The notes beneath the pieces are model-generated. The model had not been told where the DNA came from. It made no database searches and saw only the letters and a program-made list of their open reading frames with translations. Below are positions 10,278 through 18,675 of a stretch of 64,000 bases of DNA, in pieces; within the stretch, counting starts at the first letter, position 1, and each line of letters begins with the position of its first letter. The translations under genes were made by a program, and so were the position numbers. Location of the stretch: NCBI GenBank assembly GCA_965261435.1, contig CBDHDL010000021.1, positions 4,379,950 to 4,443,949 of the forward strand, read 5' to 3'. The DNA comes from Candidatus Poribacteria bacterium (GTDB taxonomy: Bacteria > Poribacteria > WGA-4E > WGA-3G).

Positions 10278-10334
10278 TATGATAATGGATAATTGACTGA
10301 AGTCATTATCAAAAATGTCAAGTAGAGGGGAATT

Positions 10335-11252
10335 ATGTCAATACATAACAGCGAAAATAAAAAAACAGATCTTAATAGAGAAAGAAAAGTTAAGAACCGA
10401 AAAGAAAAAGAAGCCACTCGCGGAAAGCATTATTACGCAAATGCCAACGACTTTAGTAAGAAAAATAATCTGCTACCTGCCGAGTTTACAAATGAAATTA
10501 TCTGTGGCGATTCACAGGTCGTCCTCAAGCAACTACCAGACAATTGTATTGATCTTATTTTTACTTCACCACCCTACAATTTTGGATTGGATTACGAACA
10601 AACCGAAGATGCCTTTGCATGGGATTCCTACTTCAAGTTATTGTTCAGTATCTTTGACGAATGTATCAGAGTCCTAAAATATGGGGGACGGATAATCGTT
10701 AACGTTCAACCCTTATATTCAGACTATATCCCAACACATCATCTAATTTCACAGTACTTTATGCGTAAAAAACTGATATGGAAAGGTGAAATTTTGTGGG
10801 AAAAAAATCATTACAATTGTAAATATACTGCTTGGGGAAGTTGGAAAAGCCCGTCAAGTCCCTATTTAAAATATTCATGGGAATATTTGGAAATCTTTTG
10901 CAAAGGGTCTTTGAAAAAATCGGGTGATCCGAAAAATGCAGATATTGACGCTGATTCTTTCAAAGAGTGGGTATATGGAAAATGGACAATAGCACCTGAG
11001 CATAAGATGAAACAGTTTGGACATCCTGCTATGTTCCCTGAGGAATTAGCAGACCGAGTGCTGAAACTTTTCAGTTTCAAAGGGGATGTCATTTTAGATC
11101 CGTTTGCAGGTGTTGGAACAACCTGTCTTTCGGCACTAATGAATCAGCGTTGTTATTTGGGTATAGATATTTCACCAGAATACTGCGAAACTGCAGAAGA
11201 TAGGCTACGAATCTTGATTAGCGCACCTACATCTACAGAGTCTTGTTTGTAG
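10335..11252 (+). CDS. beta-class DNA N4-cytosine / N6-adenine methyltransferase (Type II modification methylase)
   Basis: Motif IV 'IFTSPPY' comes before motif I 'ILDPFAGVGTT' (the PF01555-type order). Lys-rich N-terminus. Confidence 0.8.
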   Translation: MSIHNSENKKTDLNRERKVKNRKEKEATRGKHYYANANDFSKKNNLLPAEFTNEIICGDSQVVLKQLPDNCIDLIFTSPPYNFGLDYEQTEDAFAWDSYFKLLFSIFDECIRVLKYGGRIIVNVQPLYSDYIPTHHLISQYFMRKKLIWKGEILWEKNHYNCKYTAWGSWKSPSSPYLKYSWEYLEIFCKGSLKKSGDPKNADIDADSFKEWVYGKWTIAPEHKMKQFGHPAMFPEELADRVLKLFSFKGDVILDPFAGVGTTCLSALMNQRCYLGIDISPEYCETAEDRLRILISAPTSTESCL

Positions 11253-11265
11253 ATAATACATCCAG

Positions 11266-12006
11266 ATGAACATCCAAATGAAACTTTTCGAAACAAACAA
11301 CAATTCAGAATATGGGTCAGTAGACAATTTGGATTATGAGTCAGTCGTAGATATCTATACAGATAGTATACATTCAATGTATACTATGACTGCAGGACAA
11401 ATTCGAGGCGCAAAAGGTGATCTTGTAGAAAATTTAGTTGATGTTATTGTCAAATTAGCATGGCATGAAATTGGCGGTGAGAAGGACCGGTTAGATATAA
11501 AAAAACACACAGGAAGAATTTCTATTGATGAAGACTATGTAGAAGCCCTAACGCCTGAATATGTTAGAGATCACATTGAACAGAATAAGGGTAAATATAT
11601 TTATAAAGTTGAACTTGATAGAGCGGTTGAGATAGACAATAAGATAATTTTAGGTATAGAATGTAAGTCCTATATAGAAAATGCAATGTTCAAAAGGACT
11701 TTAAAGGATTTTGAATTGATCGTGAAACTGCTTTATCCAGATTTGCTTTTTTGTGTGTTTCAATTTGAAAATAGTCTGGGAGGGGACTACGGAAAAGTAA
11801 GTGAACAAAGACAATTAGGAAGCGAATCAACACATACGTTACTTTCTCACACACCATCGGTAGATTTAGAAATTATAACACTTCTTGATGGTGATAGAAA
11901 ATCAGATAGGCCAATACATAAACGGGAATATTTTAAGGAACTTCCAGTGGAAAACATAGAAATTTGTGTAAATAAATTTAGGAATATACTTAAACCTTTT
12001 GTTTAG
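11266..12006 (+). CDS. putative Type II restriction endonuclease (PD-(D/E)xK-like), partner of the upstream methyltransferase
   Basis: It starts 14 bp after the MTase stop. 'KVELDRAVEIDNKIILGIECKSY' fits a D...(E)xK nuclease core. No other family signal. Confidence 0.4.
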   Translation: MNIQMKLFETNNNSEYGSVDNLDYESVVDIYTDSIHSMYTMTAGQIRGAKGDLVENLVDVIVKLAWHEIGGEKDRLDIKKHTGRISIDEDYVEALTPEYVRDHIEQNKGKYIYKVELDRAVEIDNKIILGIECKSYIENAMFKRTLKDFELIVKLLYPDLLFCVFQFENSLGGDYGKVSEQRQLGSESTHTLLSHTPSVDLEIITLLDGDRKSDRPIHKREYFKELPVENIEICVNKFRNILKPFV

Positions 12007-12011
12007 CTGAA

Positions 12012-12644
12012 AAAACTTTCCTTCCCTTCTACACCTACAACGAAAACGGTACAAACCCAAAAGAGAATATCACCGATTGGGCATTGGCAGAATTCCGAAA
12101 ACACTACGGTGATGATACCATCAGCAAGTGGGACATCTTCCACTATACCTACGGCATCCTGCACCATCCGGAATATCGGGAAAAGTATCAAGCGAACCTT
12201 AAGCGTGATCTGCCGCATATCCCGTTTGCACCAGATTTTTGGGGTTTTGCTAACGCAGGCGCACAATTAGCAGACATACACGTTAACTACGAGTCGCAAC
12301 CGAAATATGATGGTCTCAAATATATTGAAACACCAGACATGCCGATAGATTGGCGCGTTGAAAAGATGAAACTCTCTAAAGACAAAACGCAGTTGGTATA
12401 CAATGATTTCCTGACGATAGACGGTATTTCTGCGGAGGCGTTTGACTATCGACTCGGCACGCGTTCTGCGTTAGAGTGGATTGTAGATCAGTATCGCGTC
12501 AAAACGGATAAACGGAGCGGAATTGTGAACGATCCGAATCGTGCGGATCAGCCACGGTATATTGTGGATTTGATAGGGCGGGTTATCACCGTCAGTTTGC
12601 AGACGGTTGATATTGTGGGCGCATTACCAGATTTAGGTGTCTGA
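12012..12644 (+). pseudogene. C-terminal ~210 aa remnant of the Type IIG/ISP-like RM enzyme (MTase-C / target-recognition region)
   Basis: The frame opens at 11994 inside the end of the preceding gene. 'ENITDWALAEFRKHYGDDTISKWDIFHYTYGILHHPEYREKYQANLKRDLPHIPF' matches the conserved post-methylase region of PglX/MmeI/Type ISP enzymes. The middle of the ancestral gene is missing. Confidence 0.6.
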
Positions 12645-12660
12645 ATCGCGGATTTTCACA
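12383..12660 (+). repeat. direct repeat copy 1 (3' end of the Type IIG-like gene plus 13 bp past the stop)
   Basis: Read directly from the sequence: about 91% identical to 14458-14737, and near-identical over the last ~110 bp. Confidence 0.85.
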
Positions 12661-12743
12661 GATTTCGTAGGTTTTTGTTGGGTTTCGTAAACTCAACCTA
12701 TTGGTGTAAACTTAAGGAAATTAAATCCATTTTTGGATGTCTT

Positions 12744-12773
12744 CAGTCCGGTAGGGACGATATGTTTATAGAA
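12744..12773 (+). repeat. short repeat element GTAGGGACGATATGTTTATAGAAA (copy 1 of 3)
   Basis: 'cagtccggtagggacgatatgtttatagaaa'. The same ~24-nt core recurs at 50843 and 50930. It contains the small hairpin GTCC(C/G)GTAGGGAC. Confidence 0.7.
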
Positions 12774-12824
12774 AGGTTCCTTTGGTAATTTCAATTTATG
12801 TCATAAATGGTTTATTGCGAAATT

Positions 12825-14350
12825 TCATATCTTATCACACTTCGCCATGTTACATGGTCTGCATAGCAGGGTTAAATTTTCCCATTCAGTTAATCCTCCT
12901 TGAGAATAAGGTTTAATGTGATCAGACTCAAGCTGCCGAAAACCTGCCACTCCTGAGAAAACTTGATCGCAGTCTGGGCATACATATCCACCACGGTTAT
13001 GGTTTAAATTTCTGCGAAAATATGATTCCTTCCATTCTATTGGAAAATATCGACTCTGGGGATCACATGTCGGAAGATTAGGGGGTTGTGAACTCAAGAA
13101 AGATTCCTTATTTAACAATCTTTGATAAAAGAAGTTTTGCCATGTCGCATTGTGTTTTTTGTCCTCGTTTACCTCCCCAACGACCCCTCTGTTCTGGATA
13201 ACCACCTTCTGTGCTAAGCCACTTAGTTCCAGCCTGTCGAGGTGCTCGGATAAACCCACCTATTGCATCCCATGCATCATGACTCAGATTCTTAGGGTCA
13301 AGTTCCAATTCAACAGCGGAACCTATCAACAAGGCAGTTTGTTTATATTTATCAACGCTCACTCCTGACAATCCGCTTCCAAGTATTACTTCAATCCACT
13401 TAGCAAAATTTTCAAAATCCTTTTCAAGTCCATTTCCGTATGTAGGGAAAATATTTTCTTTATTTTTTGTGTCGGTAAATTGTAGCTGCGCACAAAAAGT
13501 ATCAAGTGCTTGTTCTGTAGAACCATTAAACGTCATTGCAAGATGTTTCATCGTATCGGGAGTTGAAATTAGGTTGTTCAATTTTTCTCTATGAGAGAAT
13601 GCAAGATACCACAGAAACATTGCTGACGGAGTTTGTCCTTTTGCCTGTGCTTTTCCATCCCACCAGTCAATCCAATATTGTTCGGCGGCAGGAAATTGTC
13701 CCCAAGGATTTTCAACACCCTTTTCACGAGCAGCTTGCTATCATTCGTTGAGCAGATGACGTATCTGCATAAATACCCGCGAGTCGCACAAAATAAACAG
13801 ACTTAGACTCGCTGTAATATGATAGCCTTATATCTTGGGCGGTTAGAGGTGTGCCCCCTTCGTTGATACGTCTGAATATCTCAAGTTTTGTCCCAAGATC
13901 CAGACGCGGTGGTAAGTAAATAATTGTAAGTGGATAATCATTAAAAACTGTTTTAAATTTCTCGGGAAGCTCCGAGAACTTTTTCCCACTATAGTGGACA
14001 CTTTGTGGCGAAAGATAGTTGATGTCATCATCTGCGTCTAAACTAAATTCATCGTTTTCAAATTTCCGAATTGTATTCAAACGTTGCTGTCCATCAATGA
14101 CTTCAATTTTACGACTCTCTTGATCTTCTAAAAAAAAGAGGGCAGGCGTTGTCAGATTATTCAATAACGATTCAATAAATAGAGATTCTTTCCGCTGATC
14201 CCACTGTTCTGCATCACGCTGGTAATCGGGAATGATAATTCGTTTATTCTTTACACGACTATAATTGTTTCTACATTCTCGCTTTGCGTTCGAGTCGCGT
14301 CGCTAACGATTGGGGCAATGTTTTCAACGTTTAAACTCTCTGTGCTCATA
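12825..14350 (-). pseudogene. GmrSD-like Type IV restriction endonuclease (DUF262 + HNH/DUF1524), broken into at least 3 frames
   Basis: The ATG at 14350 gives MSTESLNVENIAP...VV* and then shifts frame to 'KRIIIPDYQRDAEQWDQRKESLFIESLLNN...DGQQRLNTIRKFE' (DUF262 motifs). A middle piece spans 13108-13620. The C-terminal piece 12825-13259 carries the HNH motif 'DHIKPYSQGGLTEWENLTLLCRPCN'. A TTGACA-18-TATTAT promoter lies at 14381-14410 on the minus strand. Confidence 0.65.
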
Positions 14351-14380
14351 ATCCTCTCCATTATATAAATTTCTCTTTAT

Positions 14381-14410
14381 ATAATACTATCTCTGGTTAT
14401 CGTGTGTCAA
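14381..14410 (-). promoter_or_regulatory. sigma70-like promoter (TTGACA-18 nt-TATTAT) for the GmrSD-like gene
   Basis: Minus-strand reading: ttgacacacgataaccagagatagtattat. RBS ggagagg precedes the ATG at 14350. Confidence 0.5.
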
Positions 14411-14424
14411 TCAAAAAGTTGGAA

Positions 14425-14445
14425 CTACTTTTTATTGATATAGTG
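14425..14445 (+). repeat. 21-bp direct repeat ACTAyTTTTTATTGATATAGT (right copy)
   Basis: See left copy. This copy lies 12 bp before the duplicated IIG 3' end. Confidence 0.75.
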
Positions 14446-14457
14446 CAAATTATCTAA

Positions 14458-14737
14458 AGACAAAACGCAGTTGGTATACAACGATTTTCTGACAATAGCA
14501 GGTATTCCAGCGGAGGTGTTTACCTATCGGCTTGGCACGCGTTCTGCGTTAGAGTGGATTGTAGATCAGTATCGCGTCAAAATGGATAAACGCAGCGGTA
14601 TTGTGAACGATCCGAACCGCGCAGATCAGCCGCGGTATATTGTGGATTTGATAGGGCGGGTTATCACCGTCAGTTTGCAGACGGTTGATATTGTGGGCGC
14701 ATTACCAGATTTAGATGTCTGAATCTCGGATTAGGCG
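14458..14737 (+). repeat. direct repeat copy 2: a second, diverged copy of the last ~88 codons of the Type IIG-like gene, plus stop and 13 bp
   Basis: ORF 14471-14722 'MVYNDFLTIAGIPAEVFTYRLGTRSALEWIVDQYRVKMDKRSGIVNDPNRADQPRYIVDLIGRVITVSLQTVDIVGALPDLDV' matches the end of 12084-12644 with several substitutions. Confidence 0.85.
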
Positions 14738-15027
14738 GGTTTCACCAAATCAAAGGTATGAATTTCATTAGGCATTCCCTGGATTTATTGGATTCCCCAA
14801 ACTCAACCTAACCTACACACGAAACTTTGCACAAAGAATCAGGTGTTATGTTCATTTGTGATAAAAAGTGCCAAAAAACCGAAAACTAAATAACCCTGGG
14901 GTGTGTAAAGTTTTTGTCACAATATGATTCTGGTACATAAAGTTCTCGTCAATAGAAATGTGAAATTAGCAACCTTTTCTGTCCTTAGTTTACAGAGCAC
15001 CTAATGGTTATGAAAATACCTTGAAAT

Positions 15028-15110
15028 TCCCAAAACCCCCTTCCGCGTCTTCCGTGTTCTCCACGTAATCCGCCATTCAGACAAAAACGGTGACAATTAC
15101 AATACACACC
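15028..15110 (+). repeat. ~83-bp direct repeat, copy 1 (CAAAAACCCCCTTCCGCGTCTTCCGTGTTCTCC...TTCAGACAAA...ACACACCC)
   Basis: About 85% identical to 15224-15310. A third partial core (TAATCC-N5-TTCAGACAAA) at 15168-15189 gives ~100-bp periodicity. Confidence 0.75.
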
Positions 15111-15223
15111 CCTCTGGAGCTGCCGATTAAACCAAAATCCTCTTATCCTGTCTTTCCTGATAATCCTGGTTCAGACAAAGCACATCATCACACATAAATC
15201 CAAGTCATAATCAGAAACCTAAA

Positions 15224-15310
15224 ATACACAAAAACCCCCTTCCGCGTCTTCCGTGTTCTCCGCGATAATCCGCGATTCAGACAAATAGAGTGACAAAATA
15301 TTTACACACC
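15224..15310 (+). repeat. ~85-bp direct repeat, copy 2
   Basis: See copy 1. Confidence 0.75.
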
Positions 15311-15324
15311 CAAACCTTTACACA

Positions 15325-15358
15325 CTCTTGTGTTATAATGATTCTTGTGTTATAATGG
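15325..15358 (+). promoter_or_regulatory. tandemly duplicated extended -10 promoter elements (cTTGTGTTATAATg x2) upstream of the lipoprotein gene
   Basis: 'cttgtgttataatgattcttgtgttataatggg' contains two TGnTATAAT boxes 17 bp apart, ~60 bp upstream of the ATG at 15416. Confidence 0.5.
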
Positions 15359-15415
15359 GACACAGAACCCGACTGTGTGAAGTGCTAACGGTAATTATTT
15401 TGGAGGAAAAAACAA

Positions 15416-16027
15416 ATGATTAATCAGGTAGTTGACTGTAGAAAAAGCAGGAAACCTACAATGACATATAGAATTATCCTGATCTTCTGTGCTGCAATTC
15501 TATTTTATGGATGCAATCAAAATCAAAACAGTGATTTTGTAAAATTAGATGCTCCGTTGGAAGATTCTTTAAAGAAAATAACCCTCACTGTTCCAGATGA
15601 AGAGGACAAAGATGGAAAACCTTTGGAAATTACCGTTGGGGAAACACATAGCGGTAAGGCGGAATATTCAATTTCCGACGATGAAACAAGTGAGCTTGAA
15701 TATACTCTCTTGTCAAAACATGCAGTGGAAGGTAATAAGTATGTCTTTACGATTGCTTCCTATAGCTTTGGTGGTACAGGTACATTCTATTATCTAACTG
15801 CAGTTGATAAATCCACACTAAAGAGTGTCAATGAAGTTCTACTCGGAGATCGAGTAAGGATTAACAGTCTGAAGTTGGATTTACCGAATACCGATACTGT
15901 TACTGTCAACTATATGGACAGAGATACCGGAACTGCTTTTGCACAAGATCCTGATAAAGATGTAACAAAACTCTTTAGTATGGAGCAAACTAAACTAATT
16001 CAAATAGTGATTGAGAAGCTGGAATAG
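15416..16027 (+). CDS. hypothetical lipoprotein
   Basis: Signal peptide with lipobox 'LFYGC'. Preceded by GGAGG-like RBS 'ttggaggaaaaaacaa'. Confidence 0.5.
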   Translation: MINQVVDCRKSRKPTMTYRIILIFCAAILFYGCNQNQNSDFVKLDAPLEDSLKKITLTVPDEEDKDGKPLEITVGETHSGKAEYSISDDETSELEYTLLSKHAVEGNKYVFTIASYSFGGTGTFYYLTAVDKSTLKSVNEVLLGDRVRINSLKLDLPNTDTVTVNYMDRDTGTAFAQDPDKDVTKLFSMEQTKLIQIVIEKLE

Positions 16028-16270
16028 TTCAACCCAATAGACACGGTAGGTGCGGTTTCCTAACCGCACCGGATTCCACAAGAAACTGAAAATTACCCGA
16101 TTAAATTTTTAAACTTCATATTTGATTGAGAAGTTGGAATAATTCAATCTAATAATGCTTTGTCAAGTCATAAATGATTTGTATATCGGGCGGGGAAACC
16201 CCGCCCCTACGAACAGATCTACTCATCATTTGAGTGTAGACAGAACATTAGGATGGAATTTACCGGATGA

Positions 16271-17542
16271 TTACCATGTTCCATGCACAGGTGTTTCCAA
16301 TGCCTTCTCATATAGGTCTGACCATTCTTTTGTACCATCATCAAAAGTAAGTTCAAGCCGTGCTCCTGCAACATACGCCTCGCCGTTTCCAGCATTAAAA
16401 TAACTCAATCCATCACCAGCCATGTGGATACAACTGCCATCTGGATAAACTGCAGTTTTTATTATTCTCGGATGTGGGTGAATTGTGTATCCATCATCAT
16501 CCAATTCTTCTGATGGCACTCTATATTTTTCAATAGCATTCTCATCTAATTCAACACCTAAGCCAGGGACATCAGGTACAGAATGACAACCTTCTGTTAC
16601 TAGAATCGGTTCTGTCAGTAGATGATCACTGTAGAGATTTATGCAGGTAATTGCAGGCCAAGTTGCATGTGTCAGGACACTACCAAGGTGTGCTGCCCAA
16701 GTTGTCGTCAAACCGTTCCCAACTATCTGCAACCAGAACGGCATATCAGCTGCAGCACTGAGGTATCCATCATACATCGTCCGAGATTTACCGCCTCCAA
16801 TGACAAATCCATCACAGGCACCTTCACGAATAACAGTCGTATATGGCGGTGATCCGAAGTGCATTGCTATTGGACAGTCAACAACACTACGTATTGCATT
16901 ATTTCCTTCTACATCACCCTGGGGTATAGGAGATTCAAAAATTGCTACATTCGGGTGTGCGGCAAGTTTTTTCAATACTGGTATGGCAGTATCAGCATCG
17001 CGCAATGAACTGTTAGGATCCAAATCCAGTTTGAAGTCAGATGGAACAACTTCTGCCACTGCGTCTACCTGTTCAACAATATCCCACCATGGACGCGGTT
17101 TATTCTTAAAACTCGTATAGCCGTTCTCAACAGCCTCAGCAGCTTCTGCTGCCCAATTTTCCGGAGAAGAATCAATACTCCACCAAGAAATTGGTACATC
17201 ATCACGACACTTGTTCCCAAGAATTTGGTAAACGGGTACTTCCATGATCTTTCCAACAACATCAAAGAGTGCCATTTGCAAACCAGCACCCAAAGAATCA
17301 TCATTCATGAGTTCGGCAGGACTTTCTCCGAGAACGCGATTCACGCTGTTTTCTGACACGCGACTATAGGTATAATGAATTACAGTCTCACCCCAACCGA
17401 TATGTCCAGTATCTGTTGTAACCTTACACAATTCAAGTAGAGACCAGTTGTAAACTGTTGAGACACTTTGAGTCGTGATTTCTTGTTGACGCGGTGTAAA
17501 TGGAACATCAACTAAAGTACGTTCAATATTAGTAACTTTCAT
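16271..17542 (-). CDS. enolase-superfamily enzyme (MR/MLE family), extended 423-aa form
   Basis: N-terminal capping domain, a 'FKNK' KxK motif and a barrel-domain acidic triad pattern. Confidence 0.65.
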   Translation of the reverse strand: MKVTNIERTLVDVPFTPRQQEITTQSVSTVYNWSLLELCKVTTDTGHIGWGETVIHYTYSRVSENSVNRVLGESPAELMNDDSLGAGLQMALFDVVGKIMEVPVYQILGNKCRDDVPISWWSIDSSPENWAAEAAEAVENGYTSFKNKPRPWWDIVEQVDAVAEVVPSDFKLDLDPNSSLRDADTAIPVLKKLAAHPNVAIFESPIPQGDVEGNNAIRSVVDCPIAMHFGSPPYTTVIREGACDGFVIGGGKSRTMYDGYLSAAADMPFWLQIVGNGLTTTWAAHLGSVLTHATWPAITCINLYSDHLLTEPILVTEGCHSVPDVPGLGVELDENAIEKYRVPSEELDDDGYTIHPHPRIIKTAVYPDGSCIHMAGDGLSYFNAGNGEAYVAGARLELTFDDGTKEWSDLYEKALETPVHGTW

Positions 17543-17790
17543 AAAAGACTCCTTAAACAGTGAAATAATGACTTAGTAATATCAGAAGTAGTCGTAACAG
17601 GAATTTATCAGAGAATAAGACTGATGTCAAGGTGTGTTATAGCAAAGAATGTGAAAATTATTAAGCTTTAAGAACTTCGGCTTGCTGGTTTAGATAAGAA
17701 AGAAGCAAACATACCAAGATTGAACTATCAACAGGGTTATTTAGTTTTCGGTTTTTTTGGACTTTTTATCACACCTGTAAATATCAGTTG

Positions 17791-17870
17791 TAGGTCGGGT
17801 AGAGCGAAGCGAAACCCGACACATTTGGTTTCTGTCGGGTTTCGCTTCGCTCTACCCGACCTACGTTATT
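17791..17870. repeat. long perfect hairpin / palindromic element (32-bp arms GTAGGTCGGGTAGAGCGAAGCGAAACCCGACA, 11-nt loop)
   Basis: The arms are exact reverse complements. Each arm also contains GTCGGG...CCCGAC. Related to 47883-47963. Confidence 0.85.
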
Positions 17871-18075
17871 TACTATCAGTAATAGAGAGCAACTGATAAT
17901 TCTTAAAACTAAATAACCCTGAACTATCAAAATCCTATATTGACAGAATCCAAATTCTATGGTATTTTGCAGGAGTAGCAAATAGAAAAGGTGCTTTTAG
18001 GTAGGCAAGTAAATATCAACCGCAGAGCAGAATCATTAAGATCTGCCCTGCACATTGTTATAAAATTGTTAGGAT

Positions 18076-18594
18076 TTAGTTGTTCTCAGCACCATTATCA
18101 ATCCAATCTATGAATAGTTGGATATGTTCTGCGTTGAGTGGGTCACGGCCTATAGGCATTTGTGGTGGACTTGAGCCATCAATACGTTTTACAACAAGAC
18201 TCCCTTCAGCATCATCAGCCATGAATGCTGCTCCGCTATCGCCACCATTGCTGAAGGAGTCGTAGTCTGACAGGTCAAGACCACCCGCTGGTTGACCACC
18301 TACATGGCACCCAGCAAGAGCACAACTTTCAGCAAAAATTGGAAAGATATCGTTTTTAAAGGTAACAACAGGCGATACTGGTTCATCCGGGTCTTGTGGG
18401 GGTACATCAATTACTTGCTCATGATCATGATCGGTATGGTCATGATCATCAGGGTCGTCCATTTCAGATACCATATCAGTTGGAGGATCACCTTCATCAC
18501 CACAACCCATCATAAATCCTGTTAAGAGGATTAAAGCAATAGAAAACAACGAGAGGATGATAGCTATCAAACGATTTGAATCTATGTTTACCAA
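18076..18594 (-). CDS. secreted His/Asp-rich protein with a C-terminal PSCyt-like (planctomycete cytochrome-c-like) domain
   Basis: Signal/TM region, then the metal-binding-looking stretch 'DDPDDHDHTDHDHE'. The C-terminal 'FPIFAESCALAGCH...GGLDL...PPQMPIGRDPLNAEHIQLFIDWIDNGA' resembles PSCyt1, but with CX4CH instead of CXXCH. Confidence 0.4.
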   Translation of the reverse strand: MVNIDSNRLIAIILSLFSIALILLTGFMMGCGDEGDPPTDMVSEMDDPDDHDHTDHDHEQVIDVPPQDPDEPVSPVVTFKNDIFPIFAESCALAGCHVGGQPAGGLDLSDYDSFSNGGDSGAAFMADDAEGSLVVKRIDGSSPPQMPIGRDPLNAEHIQLFIDWIDNGAENN

Positions 18595-18675
18595 GATATT
18601 TACCTCCTTTGAGTGAATACTTGGGATAGTAATATAATTTGTTTATAGCATAACACTTAATGGAGAATAAGTCAA

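Noticed and set aside
13843-14031. 62-aa ORF inside the GmrSD-like region, along with many other short antisense ORFs in the track (e.g. 699-899, 3281-3574, 3942-4376, 24083-24454, 38859-39666)
   Set aside because: They are nested antisense or out-of-frame within long, homology-supported genes and have no motifs.
12665-14812. The shared 9-mer AAACTCAAC near both island junctions (12703, 14803, 33053, 35208) as a common att core
   Set aside because: It is too short to distinguish from chance and is not positioned consistently relative to the junctions. It is noted only as something to test once crossover points are mapped.
18076-18594. Calling this protein a bona fide c-type cytochrome
   Set aside because: The motif is CX4CH rather than CXXCH, so it is kept as PSCyt-like with uncertain heme binding.
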